This document shows positions 33,853 through 43,421 of a stretch of DNA of 64,000 bases, in pieces; the stretch's first letter is position 1, and each line of letters starts with the position of its first letter. The position numbers and the translations under genes were made by a program. The stretch comes from Candidatus Harrisonbacteria bacterium RIFCSPHIGHO2_02_FULL_42_16 (lineage in GTDB: Bacteria; Patescibacteriota; Minisyncoccia; UBA6257; 02-FULL-45-10c), in NCBI GenBank assembly GCA_001818695.1, contig MHJG01000003.1, positions 4,890 to 68,889 of the forward strand, given 5' to 3'. The notes beneath the pieces were generated by a model that saw nothing but the letters and a program-made list of their open reading frames with translations, was not told the origin of the DNA and did no database searches.

Positions 33853-35097
33853 TCACAGATTAAGGTATTGTTTTGGGTCTAAATCGCCACCGTAAGGCAT
33901 TACTGGGCCGCAATTTACTTTACTTGGACCTATTCTGAATGTCTGGCTGGCATATACCGTAAAATGCAGATGCGGTCCGGTGGCGTAACCGGTACTGCCG
34001 ATATAACCAATTAAATCGCCTCTTTTTACTTCATCCCCCTTTTTGACGGTTTGTAAAGACAAGTGAGCATATAAAGTTGTCAGATTATTTTTGTGTTCAA
34101 TGACGATAAATTTTCCATAAGCGCCTTTATAGCAGTAATTGTCCTGGTTCCAAACCTCTAAAATTTTTCCGCTTTCGGCGGCAAAAACCGGCGCGCCTAT
34201 CGGCGCCGCGATATCAATTCCGTTATGCCATTGGCCTTTATAGGCATATCGGGCAAAGTTAGTGGCGCCGTAGGGCTGGGTAAATTTTCCTTGCGTCGGC
34301 ATGGCCAGAACGCCGGGCCTGGATGTTGGCAGAAGATTTGGGTCAATAGTCAGCCGTAATTCCGATTCTAATAATTCAATTTCTTCGGCAATCGCGGCTT
34401 GCTGAGATTCTAAATCAGAAATTAATTTTTGATACGACCTTTCCTGATTTTTTGTCTGCGCCAATAAATTTTCTTTTTCTACCTTTTGGTTATTAACTAT
34501 AACTTTTCTGTTCTTTAAATTTTTATTTTCCAGTTCAATCTCGGATTTTTTATTTGAGGTCATTTGCAGTTTTCCTGATAATTCTTCGCCGAAATTTGTA
34601 AGTTCGCTAACATCCGAAGAAAGTTTATTATTGAGGTTAACTAAATTTTGCACCTCGGAGAAACTTTCGGCTAAGCTTTTATTTTTTAAAATAGTGTATA
34701 AAGCGGTCTCGTTGTCTTTCTTTTGAAGCTCTTTCAGTAGAGCCGCCACCGCCTGTTTTTTTGAATTAATTTTATCTTTTACGTCAAGAATTTCGTATTG
34801 CAATGAACCCACTTCTAATTTCAATTTATCAATGTTTATTCCGCTTGCCCTAATGTTCAGATTAAGCTGTTGGATGCCGGAATCCGTATTCTGGATTTCT
34901 TTTTTTAAGGTTTTACTTTTACCTTCTGTTTCTTGCAAGTCCTGCTGGGTTTTAAGAATCTGCTGGTTTATTTCCTGTAGTGTCTGGGTTTTATCATTGA
35001 TTTGCTGTTTTAAATCAGGCGGTGAAACGGCAAAGACATTATAAGTAAGTATATAAGTAATTATTAAAAAAACGGGCAGAAAGAATTTTAATTTCAT
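33853..35097 (-). CDS. M23-family metallopeptidase with N-terminal coiled coil (EnvC-like)
   Basis: Signal peptide, long coiled coil, HNGIDIAAP...HLHFTV. Confidence 0.8.
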   Translation of the reverse strand: MKLKFFLPVFLIITYILTYNVFAVSPPDLKQQINDKTQTLQEINQQILKTQQDLQETEGKSKTLKKEIQNTDSGIQQLNLNIRASGINIDKLKLEVGSLQYEILDVKDKINSKKQAVAALLKELQKKDNETALYTILKNKSLAESFSEVQNLVNLNNKLSSDVSELTNFGEELSGKLQMTSNKKSEIELENKNLKNRKVIVNNQKVEKENLLAQTKNQERSYQKLISDLESQQAAIAEEIELLESELRLTIDPNLLPTSRPGVLAMPTQGKFTQPYGATNFARYAYKGQWHNGIDIAAPIGAPVFAAESGKILEVWNQDNYCYKGAYGKFIVIEHKNNLTTLYAHLSLQTVKKGDEVKRGDLIGYIGSTGYATGPHLHFTVYASQTFRIGPSKVNCGPVMPYGGDLDPKQYLNL

Positions 35098-35118
35098 AAT
35101 TACTCAATTATTTAATTA

Positions 35119-36591
35119 CTAAATTATTAAATTACTTAATTTCTCAATTGCCATATTTATTCTTTTTAATGATTCTTCTTTGCCCAAAACATCTATTATT
35201 TCAAATGGTCCGGGTGATTTATCTCTGCCGGTAAGCGCGACCCGAAGCGGCCATAAAACCTCTCCCCTGCCCTGACTGTCCGCCAGTGGCATCAGATATT
35301 TTTCCGAGCCCGATTTATTAAATTCCCGCTCTAAAATGACGAACAGAATTTCTTTAGTTTTACGCAAATTTTCTTTGGTATTTTTCGCGCCGGTATTTTT
35401 CCATAAAAGCATTTCGGATTTGTAATCATTTAGGCGCGTATAGGAATCAGCAATAGCTTGAAAATTTTTTAAGGTCGCCGCCCTTTCTTTGCCGTAATTG
35501 ATAATTTTTAATAATTGTGAATCATTGGCTGCGATTTCAAAATCAGGTAATTGTTTAATAAGTTTTAGTAATGCTTCGTTATCATATTTTTTGATATATT
35601 GCGAATTGAGCCAGTCCAATTTTTGGACATCAAAAATAGCTCCTCCTTTTTGAATTCTTTTTATATCAAAACATTGGATTATTTCCGGCAGAGACATTTT
35701 TTCTTTGTTATCAGAAGGATGCCAGCCCAGAAGCGCCATAAAATTTACCAACGTTTCCGGTAAATAGCCCTGTTTTTGATATTCTTCAATGGAAGTTGCC
35801 GAATGCCGTTTGGACATTTTGCTTCTGTCCGGGTCCAAGATTAACGGCAAGTGGGCGTATTGGGGTGTGGAAAAATTCAGGGCCCGTTGGATTAAAATTT
35901 GTTTGGGGGTATTGGCAATATGGTCTTCGCCCCGAATAACGTGGCTGATTTTCATTTCATAATCATCAATTACCACTGCGAAATTATATAACGGCGTACT
36001 GATATTTTTAGCTAATGCAAAATCGCCTATAGGGTCAGTAAAAAAATGGACTTGGCTACGGATAATATCGTTAAAGATAATTGAATCAGCCGGGTAAATG
36101 GTTTCATTACCAGAAATAACCGGCTTAGCTTTAGGAATCTTAAATCGAATCAATTCTCCCCTACTTAAATCCTTATCTCTTGCGTCACATTTATGTATCA
36201 GTACAGTTTTATTTGCAATTTGCCCATTTCTTTCTTCCTCTAATTCTTCTTTGGTATGCGGACACCAATACGCCTTTTTTTCTTTTAATAGTTTGTTTAA
36301 ATATTTTTCATAAATATTTAAACGTTCGCTTTGCCTGTACGGGCCTTCATCCCAATCTAATCCCAGCCATTTTAAGTTTTCAATAATATCTTTTTCATAT
36401 TTTTTATCCGACCTCTCCAAATCCGTATCTTCTATTCGGAGTATGAATTTTCCTCCATATTTTTTGGCAAAAATATAATTAAAAAGCGCGGTTCTGGCGG
36501 TGCCAATATGCAAATAGCCCGTTGGCGAAGGGGCAATTCTTACCCGTACTCCGTTTTCCCCCTTAAATAATCTTTTTAGAAATTTAAACAT
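35119..36591 (-). CDS. gltX: glutamyl-tRNA synthetase
   Basis: RIAPSPTGYLHIGTART (HIGH) and KMSKR. Confidence 0.9.
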   Translation of the reverse strand: MFKFLKRLFKGENGVRVRIAPSPTGYLHIGTARTALFNYIFAKKYGGKFILRIEDTDLERSDKKYEKDIIENLKWLGLDWDEGPYRQSERLNIYEKYLNKLLKEKKAYWCPHTKEELEEERNGQIANKTVLIHKCDARDKDLSRGELIRFKIPKAKPVISGNETIYPADSIIFNDIIRSQVHFFTDPIGDFALAKNISTPLYNFAVVIDDYEMKISHVIRGEDHIANTPKQILIQRALNFSTPQYAHLPLILDPDRSKMSKRHSATSIEEYQKQGYLPETLVNFMALLGWHPSDNKEKMSLPEIIQCFDIKRIQKGGAIFDVQKLDWLNSQYIKKYDNEALLKLIKQLPDFEIAANDSQLLKIINYGKERAATLKNFQAIADSYTRLNDYKSEMLLWKNTGAKNTKENLRKTKEILFVILEREFNKSGSEKYLMPLADSQGRGEVLWPLRVALTGRDKSPGPFEIIDVLGKEESLKRINMAIEKLSNLII

Positions 36592-36599
36592 TTTGATTT

Positions 36600-37757
36600 T
36601 TACAGGTATCCTAATAAATGCTTTGCAATAATAAAAGCGGCGTCCGGGCGATAAAAGCTTTTGGCGGCACTGCCCATTTTTTGCGTCAAATCCTTGTTTT
36701 TTAGAATTTTATTTATTTCTTCCATTACCAAATGAGCCAATAAATTTTCTTCTTCAATAATAATTGCTCCGCCGCTTTGAGAATAAAGATAGGCGTTTTC
36801 TTTTTGATGGTTATTAGCTGATTCCGGCAAAGGCACCAATATTGCCGGTTTGCCGAAAGCCGCAATTTCAAAGATATTACCGGAGCCAGCGCGGGAAATA
36901 ACCAAGTCGGCAGCCATCAGCGCGTCCGCCATATCTTCATTAAAAAACGCTTTAAAGGTATAACGGTTTTTTTTTGAATTGTTCCGGTCATTAGCGGCGA
37001 ATTCATATTCATTTTTATACGATTGGTAATTATTTTTGCCAACTTGATGCAGAATTTGAAAATCTTTTGTTAAAACTCCAAGATTTTCTAAAATAAAATT
37101 ATTCAGCCGCTCTGCTCCCTGGGAACCGCCTAAAACCAATATCAGCGGTTCTTCAGGGTTCATTCCGAATCCCCTTTTAGCGTTTTTTGGGGCAGTTTCA
37201 ATTTCTTGCCCTAAATTTGCGGCTTGTTGAAATAGCGATTCTCTGACCGGATTGCCGACCACTTCAATGTTTTTATTCTTACTAAAATAATCTTCCGCTT
37301 TAGCGAAAGAAAGAAATATTTTTTTGGCAAACCGCCCGGATATTTTATTGGTTAAGCCGGGAACGCTGTCCGATTCATGGATTATTGTCGGTATCATATA
37401 AAAACGCCCCGCTAAAACAACCGCCAAAGCGCCAGGGCCGCCTTTGGAAAAAATCATATCCGGCATAAACCAAAATAACTTCCAGAACAGCTGGAATAAA
37501 CTTAAAAAAAATTTCACAAAATCAATTAGGTTTAATGCCGACCAATACCGCCGGAATTTGCTTGAATAAATTGGAACGAAACGGATGCCGTTTTCCATAA
37601 GCAATTCGGCGTAATCATAGGCAGAGCCGAAATAACGCATATCTAATTCTATTCCGAAGTTACTTGATTGCTTGTTCAGTTCTTGCGCTACCGCTATTAA
37701 AGGGATAATATGCCCGCCGGTGCCGCCGCCAGCCAGCGCAATGCGTAATTTTTTCAT
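36600..37757 (-). CDS. murG: undecaprenyldiphospho-muramoylpentapeptide beta-N-acetylglucosaminyltransferase
   Basis: LAGGGTGGHIIPLIAVAQEL and C-terminal GT28 domain; adjacent to ftsW. Confidence 0.9.
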   Translation of the reverse strand: MKKLRIALAGGGTGGHIIPLIAVAQELNKQSSNFGIELDMRYFGSAYDYAELLMENGIRFVPIYSSKFRRYWSALNLIDFVKFFLSLFQLFWKLFWFMPDMIFSKGGPGALAVVLAGRFYMIPTIIHESDSVPGLTNKISGRFAKKIFLSFAKAEDYFSKNKNIEVVGNPVRESLFQQAANLGQEIETAPKNAKRGFGMNPEEPLILVLGGSQGAERLNNFILENLGVLTKDFQILHQVGKNNYQSYKNEYEFAANDRNNSKKNRYTFKAFFNEDMADALMAADLVISRAGSGNIFEIAAFGKPAILVPLPESANNHQKENAYLYSQSGGAIIIEEENLLAHLVMEEINKILKNKDLTQKMGSAAKSFYRPDAAFIIAKHLLGYL

Positions 37758-37894
37758 CCCTCACCTAACAAAGACTGCGAAGCTCTTGCAATCATTTATT
37801 TTATTAATTAATTGACGTTTTATTTTGGTAATCATAGTTGTTTAGGTTAAGCACTGGCTTTATTTCGGCAATTAGTCTTTGTTGGGTGAGGGAT
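37756..37894. repeat. 21-bp perfect inverted repeat spanning the whole ftsW-murG intergenic region
   Basis: atccctcacctaacaaagact (37756-37776) / agtctttgttgggtgagggat (37874-37894, one mismatch). The right arm abuts the ftsW stop; the left arm contains the murG SD (GGTGAGGG) and start codon. Confidence 0.65.
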
Positions 37895-39009
37895 TATGTG
37901 TATTTGGATATATTCACTATTATACCCGAGATAGTCATAAAAATTGCCAAGGCGGTTCCGCCGTAGCTGATATACGGCAAAGGTACGCCGGTTAAGGGAA
38001 TCAGTCCGGAAATAGCTCCAATATGGATAAACGCCTGAATGGTAATCAGGGAGCCGAATCCAATAAGCAATAATTGCCCAAATTCGTCGTTAATTTTCCG
38101 GGCCAGTAAAAAACTTCTGGTTGTCAGCATAAGAAAAACCATAATGAGGACCGCGGAGCCGATAAACCCCGTTTCTTCGGCGATAACGGCAAAAATTGAA
38201 TCGTCAATCGGCTGAGGAAGATAAAATAATTTTGTGGTTGACTGCCCATACCCTACTCCTTTAAGCCCGCCGGAACCGACCGCTATCAGCGCCTGATTAA
38301 TTTGATAAGAAGATGATTGGGTATCAAGGCCGGGATTAACGAAACTCATAATTCTTTCCCAGCGGTAGGGAGAAAGATAAGAAATTATCAGGAACGCGAA
38401 AATCCCCAATAAAATAGCGCTGAAAATATAAGATAATTTCGCTCCGCTGGAAAAATAAATAATCAGGGCGGTTAAAATCAATATCGCGGCGATACTGGTT
38501 GACGGCTGTAATATCAGAAGTATCCCAATCAGGCCGATAATAATTAAAAACGGCACAAATCCCCCAAAAAAACTTTTTTGCCGATAGGATTTATTTCCAA
38601 GCCAGGACGCAAGATAGACGATAAAAGTGATTTTCAGCAACTCGGACGGCTGAAACTGCACCGGTCCGATTCCCAACCACCTCGTTGCTCCTCCTCTGGT
38701 AATTCCCAAAGGAGTAAAAATCAGCGTCAGCATTAAAATAGAAAGAATGAATAAAATAACGGCTATATTTTGGTAATTGCGGTAATAGAACTTTGACGCC
38801 AAAAAAAATCCAATCAACCCGACGGATAATCCGTATAATAATTGGTGTTTGAGATAAAAATAACTGTCTCCGAACCTTAACTGTCCCAAGTCCGAAGAGG
38901 CGCTGGCGAGCATTACTAATCCAAAAATTACCAGAAAGAAAGTGCTTAAAATAATTACATAATCGGGCGAATGCTTTCCCGCCCAAGAGTTTGATTTAAA
39001 TAAAGGCAT
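37894..39009 (-). CDS. ftsW: SEDS-family peptidoglycan glycosyltransferase FtsW/RodA
   Basis: 10 TM, FtsW/RodA signature regions; upstream of murG. Confidence 0.85.
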   Translation of the reverse strand: MPLFKSNSWAGKHSPDYVIILSTFFLVIFGLVMLASASSDLGQLRFGDSYFYLKHQLLYGLSVGLIGFFLASKFYYRNYQNIAVILFILSILMLTLIFTPLGITRGGATRWLGIGPVQFQPSELLKITFIVYLASWLGNKSYRQKSFFGGFVPFLIIIGLIGILLILQPSTSIAAILILTALIIYFSSGAKLSYIFSAILLGIFAFLIISYLSPYRWERIMSFVNPGLDTQSSSYQINQALIAVGSGGLKGVGYGQSTTKLFYLPQPIDDSIFAVIAEETGFIGSAVLIMVFLMLTTRSFLLARKINDEFGQLLLIGFGSLITIQAFIHIGAISGLIPLTGVPLPYISYGGTALAIFMTISGIIVNISKYT

Positions 39010-39014
39010 AAATT

Positions 39015-40502
39015 TTATATTGCCTGGCCGCCCCTATGGCCGGTAACTGCTTTATCTTGCACAGTTAGCTGGCCGTTTACCATAACATTAATGACTTCCG
39101 TATCTTTTAATATCGCCATATCCGCGAACCAGCCCTCACGAAGCAGCCCTCTTTTTTGAAGGCCAAAAAATTTTGCCGGTTTGGCGGTGATATTTTTAAT
39201 GGATTCTTCCAGCGATATTTTTTTATCTTTCATAATTTCAAAAAATCGGACAAAGGTTTTTTGCGCCCGTTCCGGTTTTAATATTAGCTGGGAATCCGGC
39301 AAGCTGGCGCTGTTGGAGCCGATAATAGCGCGAGGATGGGCAATAATTTCATTTAAAATTTCAGTGTTAAGATTTTTATAAAAAACCTGCGAATTCATTT
39401 TAGTGATTTCCATAAGGGCTAAAATTCCTTCATAAGCGTCCAGTCCCCGATTTTCCGCGAATTCTTTGATTGTTTTCCCTACAATATAAGGGTTATTTTT
39501 TGCTTTGGCGATAATCAGCGCGTCAAACCGGATATCGGAATTTCGCAATTCTTCAAGTATTTTTCGGCGGTAATCTTTATCTGAAATAATTTCCAGCATT
39601 CTTTCAAAGCCGTTTTGCTGGGCCCAGGCGGGCAAAAAAGAATACACTGGCAGGATGCTTATATCAGAAGAGTTGGTGTCAAAATAAACATTTGCCTTAT
39701 CAAGGTTTTTTTCTATTATTTCAAGCGCTTCTTGAAATTGAGCTTCAAAGCCAAGTAATGGCCGGAAATGGCTTATAATTACCGGCACTCCCGTATCTTT
39801 CGCCATATTTATTGTTTCTGCGACTGATTCTGCAATTCCCTCTTTTTCGTTTTTAAGATGGGTGGCGTATACCCGGCCGTATTTGGCAACAATAAAAAGT
39901 AATCTTTTAATTTCGTTATATGGAATATAGCGGGAATGAGAATATCCCAGGCCGGTTGATAATCCGAGTGCTTGGTTTTTTAATGCGTTAGAAAGAGAGT
40001 TTTCAAAAATTTCAAATTCGGATTCGGTTAAATCGCGGATTTCTTCACCGGAAATATCCCGTCGCACAGTGGAGTGTCCAACTAAAGTTCCAAAATTTAC
40101 CCCTAATTTTATGCGGTTTAATAATTTTTTTAAGTCGGCAACCGTAGTCCAGTCCACATTGATTAAATCGGTGTCTGCCCATTTTCTGATTGATTTAAGC
40201 GAACCGTACATCAGCGGCGCCAGAGACGAACCGCACTGCCCCCCTATAATAGTAGTTACGCCTTGTAATAAAAAATCCTTCTGCAGAGGATTGGTAAATA
40301 GGCCTAAATAGTGGTCGGAATCGGCATTGGCGTCAATAAATCCGGGAGTAGCGATAAGCCCCAAACCGTCAATTACAACTTCCGCTTGCTTATTGGGAAA
40401 ATTGCCGATGGCGGATATTTTATCGCCTTTGATTAAAATATCGCCCTTAAAAGCGGATTGGCCGGTGCCGTCAATAATTTTTATGGATTTAATAAGAATC
40501 AT
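39015..40502 (-). CDS. amidohydrolase-family protein (D-aminoacylase-like) with degenerate metal-binding motif
   Basis: IIDGTG...GLIATPGFIDANADSDH: the canonical PGFID-HxH is replaced by ANA; the rest is an amidohydrolase fold. Confidence 0.55.
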   Translation of the reverse strand: MILIKSIKIIDGTGQSAFKGDILIKGDKISAIGNFPNKQAEVVIDGLGLIATPGFIDANADSDHYLGLFTNPLQKDFLLQGVTTIIGGQCGSSLAPLMYGSLKSIRKWADTDLINVDWTTVADLKKLLNRIKLGVNFGTLVGHSTVRRDISGEEIRDLTESEFEIFENSLSNALKNQALGLSTGLGYSHSRYIPYNEIKRLLFIVAKYGRVYATHLKNEKEGIAESVAETINMAKDTGVPVIISHFRPLLGFEAQFQEALEIIEKNLDKANVYFDTNSSDISILPVYSFLPAWAQQNGFERMLEIISDKDYRRKILEELRNSDIRFDALIIAKAKNNPYIVGKTIKEFAENRGLDAYEGILALMEITKMNSQVFYKNLNTEILNEIIAHPRAIIGSNSASLPDSQLILKPERAQKTFVRFFEIMKDKKISLEESIKNITAKPAKFFGLQKRGLLREGWFADMAILKDTEVINVMVNGQLTVQDKAVTGHRGGQAI

Positions 40503-42836
40503 TTATTCTCGGCGCAAGCCGTATTTTAAACGGGATTGTTCTTTTAATCGCATTGCCATATCTGAATTCCCTTTTGGCGAAGGCAGGGTCTTTATATTAA
40601 AGGGCTTGACGGTTTCGCCGTTAATAAGCAATTTCGCGTAAGCGTTAAAGTTATCAATATTAACCAAATCATTTTTATTGAATGTCGGCTCAAATTCTTT
40701 TTCCAGCATTTCGGTATCTTTTACGCCGATGCGGAAAATAATTTTTGAACCCACATTGCCGAAAACCGCGTCGCGGATTTTATCCGGCAATTGGGCGATA
40801 AATTGATGCGCCACAACTAAATTCAAGCGGTATTTACGCGCTTCCGAAAGAATAATCCCAATGGAATCAGTGGTAAAGTTCTGAAATTCGTCAATAAATA
40901 AATTGAAATCCCGCCGGTTTTCCTGCGGCGTATCCACTCTGGAAAGCGCGGCCATCAGAAGTTTTCCGGTTATTATCATTCCCAATAGGCTGGCGTTGAT
41001 ATCCCCGATTCTGCCTTTGGATAAATTCACCAGCAAAATTTTTCCGCTGTCCATCGCTTCGCGAAACCGGAAAGCGGATTTCGGCTGGCTGATAATCGGG
41101 CGCAGATAATCATTAGCGATAAAATTATTGAACTTGGAAGTAATGTAGGGCGTGATGTTTTGCAAAGACGCTTCTCCGCCGGCCATTACCGCTTCCCGTT
41201 CCCAGAAATCTTTGACAGCCGGATTTTGACATCGGGAAAGTTTTTTTCCGCGGTATTCGGAATCGGTAAATATTCTCGGCACGTCTGCCAGCGTTGCCGG
41301 TTCATTTTTCGCGTCTTCCATCAAAAGCAGTAAAGCGTTCCGCATATATTGTTCAAACATCGGCCCCATGGTTTCTTCGGAAAAAAGCTTGTTAAAAATC
41401 CCTTGCATTTCGTTTACAATAAATGTTTTTTCTTCCGGACGGGAAAAATCATATTCCAGCATATTCAATCCGAGCGGCCGTTCCAAGTCGCCTGGGTCAA
41501 AAATTATTACTTCTTCCAATCGTTCCGCCGGAATCAATCCTAAAATTGAATCAATTAAATCTCCATGAGGGTCAATGACCGCGACTCCTTTTCCTTTTTT
41601 AATGTCGCTGACCGCCATATTAACCATTAAATTGGATTTTCCGGTGCCGGTCTGTCCGACGATATAAATATGACGGCGGCGGTCTTCATCGCTGATGTAA
41701 ACCGGCCGGCGCTCTCCGCGATAACTGCTTTCGCCGATTAAAACGCCGTCTTTAAGAAGATTGGCCGGCGGTGCGGCTTCCCGGGATTTCAGCCATTTAA
41801 TTTTTGGTATGCCGGTACCCGAGGTTGGAAAATGGAACAAACTTGCGACTTCGTCGCTACCTAAAACCATTTGCTGGCTGTTGTCAAATTCGCGGAATAT
41901 ATATTTGAAAATAAGTTTTTTGGAATCGCGCGGCTTTATAATTTTAATGCCGTTTCTAAGCGGCGCCTGAAATTGCTCAAAAGAACCGGCCAAACTGTTA
42001 AGCATTTCCTCCGCTTTCGGCTGGTTTTGGGCTGATACTATTAGACGGACATTAACAGCAAAGACCTGCTTGGCTAATTTTTTTTCTAATGCTTTTATCG
42101 CTTCTTCGTCTAATACCGGCTTAGCCGGCTGTTGCTCGTCCGGTTTTTTGCCTTTTAACGCCGCGCTGACATCTTTTAAGGTAATCATTTTATTGCCCTT
42201 TAAAACATCTTCTAATTTAGCTCCTTTTTTTAATTGATAAATAAAACTCTCCGCGGATTTCTTAAACAATTTTGGCGCTGGCTTAACCAATACCTGAATC
42301 GCCGCCCCTTCTCCGATTTCCTGAATTTTGGAAAAATTGCTTAAAATTGGCAGAAAAGTGTCCAGATTGGCTTCTTCGTAAGTGCGGATTGGCAAAACAT
42401 AACTTTCTTTTTGTTTCAGAAAGACCCCCTGGCTTACGTCCTGATGGTTAAAGATATTGTAATCATCCGTTTCTTCAACATAAGCGTCATTCCACAAGCC
42501 CTGAATCTGCCGCGAAGCAAACTGGATGTTTTCCGCAGGCACGCTTAAATAAAAATGGATTTCCTCGCCAATGCCGTGCACCGCCGCTTCCAGAGAAAAA
42601 GGTATTTTTAATCCTGCCAAGGAACTTAAAAGCTGGGCGGTTAAATTTATTTCTTTAAGCGGCTCTTCTTTAGATTCATTTTCCGAGCCCGATTTTTGTG
42701 GCAATTTTACCAATAATAATCTTAACTTCAGTGTATTTAAAAAATATCGGCGCCGGATTTTTTGGGCAATCCAAAAAGCCGCCCAACCGATAATTAAAAC
42801 GGTCGCCGCCAAGTAACCTATAAAAAGAATATCCAT
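40503..42836 (-). CDS. VirD4/TraD/TraG-like membrane-anchored coupling ATPase (type IV secretion / DNA-transfer ATPase family)
   Basis: N-terminal TM, Walker A GQTGTGKS, Walker B NLFIDEFQNF, HerA/FtsK-like P-loop region. Confidence 0.6.
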   Translation of the reverse strand: MDILFIGYLAATVLIIGWAAFWIAQKIRRRYFLNTLKLRLLLVKLPQKSGSENESKEEPLKEINLTAQLLSSLAGLKIPFSLEAAVHGIGEEIHFYLSVPAENIQFASRQIQGLWNDAYVEETDDYNIFNHQDVSQGVFLKQKESYVLPIRTYEEANLDTFLPILSNFSKIQEIGEGAAIQVLVKPAPKLFKKSAESFIYQLKKGAKLEDVLKGNKMITLKDVSAALKGKKPDEQQPAKPVLDEEAIKALEKKLAKQVFAVNVRLIVSAQNQPKAEEMLNSLAGSFEQFQAPLRNGIKIIKPRDSKKLIFKYIFREFDNSQQMVLGSDEVASLFHFPTSGTGIPKIKWLKSREAAPPANLLKDGVLIGESSYRGERRPVYISDEDRRRHIYIVGQTGTGKSNLMVNMAVSDIKKGKGVAVIDPHGDLIDSILGLIPAERLEEVIIFDPGDLERPLGLNMLEYDFSRPEEKTFIVNEMQGIFNKLFSEETMGPMFEQYMRNALLLLMEDAKNEPATLADVPRIFTDSEYRGKKLSRCQNPAVKDFWEREAVMAGGEASLQNITPYITSKFNNFIANDYLRPIISQPKSAFRFREAMDSGKILLVNLSKGRIGDINASLLGMIITGKLLMAALSRVDTPQENRRDFNLFIDEFQNFTTDSIGIILSEARKYRLNLVVAHQFIAQLPDKIRDAVFGNVGSKIIFRIGVKDTEMLEKEFEPTFNKNDLVNIDNFNAYAKLLINGETVKPFNIKTLPSPKGNSDMAMRLKEQSRLKYGLRRE

Positions 42837-43220
42837 TTATATTTTTCCCCTGCTTTTTAGTTCGCCATATAATTTAGCGGTTAAAGAGTCATGAAATCCG
42901 TCTAAAACAAGCGGTTCTTTTTGGCGCGCTTCTTTAATCGCCGCGTCCAGTCCTTTATGAAAAACTAAATCAATAAGCTCTTCCACCGCTAATTTTATTT
43001 CCGCGGATTCTGTTTTAAGATAACCGGGCAATAAATTATCGTTATCGCCGACGATTTGAGTTTTTAGCGCCGGTTTTTCACCGTAAATCCGTTTTTCTAA
43101 AACCGATTTTACGGCTTCTTGGTCAGCCTTTTCCGGACTGATTTTTTTATGCTCCGCGACTTCCAGCGACAGCCGTTCCATATCTTGCTCTAAAATAGAA
43201 TGTTCAAATTTAAAATCCAT
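42837..43220 (-). CDS. hypothetical protein
   Basis: 127 aa, immediately downstream of the ATPase gene. Confidence 0.4.
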   Translation of the reverse strand: MDFKFEHSILEQDMERLSLEVAEHKKISPEKADQEAVKSVLEKRIYGEKPALKTQIVGDNDNLLPGYLKTESAEIKLAVEELIDLVFHKGLDAAIKEARQKEPLVLDGFHDSLTAKLYGELKSRGKI

Positions 43221-43224
43221 ACCC

Positions 43225-43345
43225 GGTATTACAACTTTGACTGGCGCTTAATAAAATTAAGCGCCATATCTATTTTTGTAGTTGCGATTATTAATGATTT
43301 TATAGCTTACTTTAAAATTAAATGCCGGCTTAATTGGTCGAAGTT
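43225..43345. repeat. ~20-bp inverted repeat with ~90-nt loop
   Basis: cccggtattacaactttgac / gtcgaagttgtagtaccggg. Confidence 0.45.
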
Positions 43346-43397
43346 GTAGTACCGGGCATATAGATTTATTATACAATAATATAGATTTATATTAAAA

Positions 43398-43421
43398 AAC
43401 CGCGTTTTGCTCGCGGTTTTT
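43398..43421 (-). terminator. intrinsic terminator after ychF
   Basis: aaccgcg-ttttgct-cgcggtt hairpin with T-runs on both strands. Confidence 0.55.
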
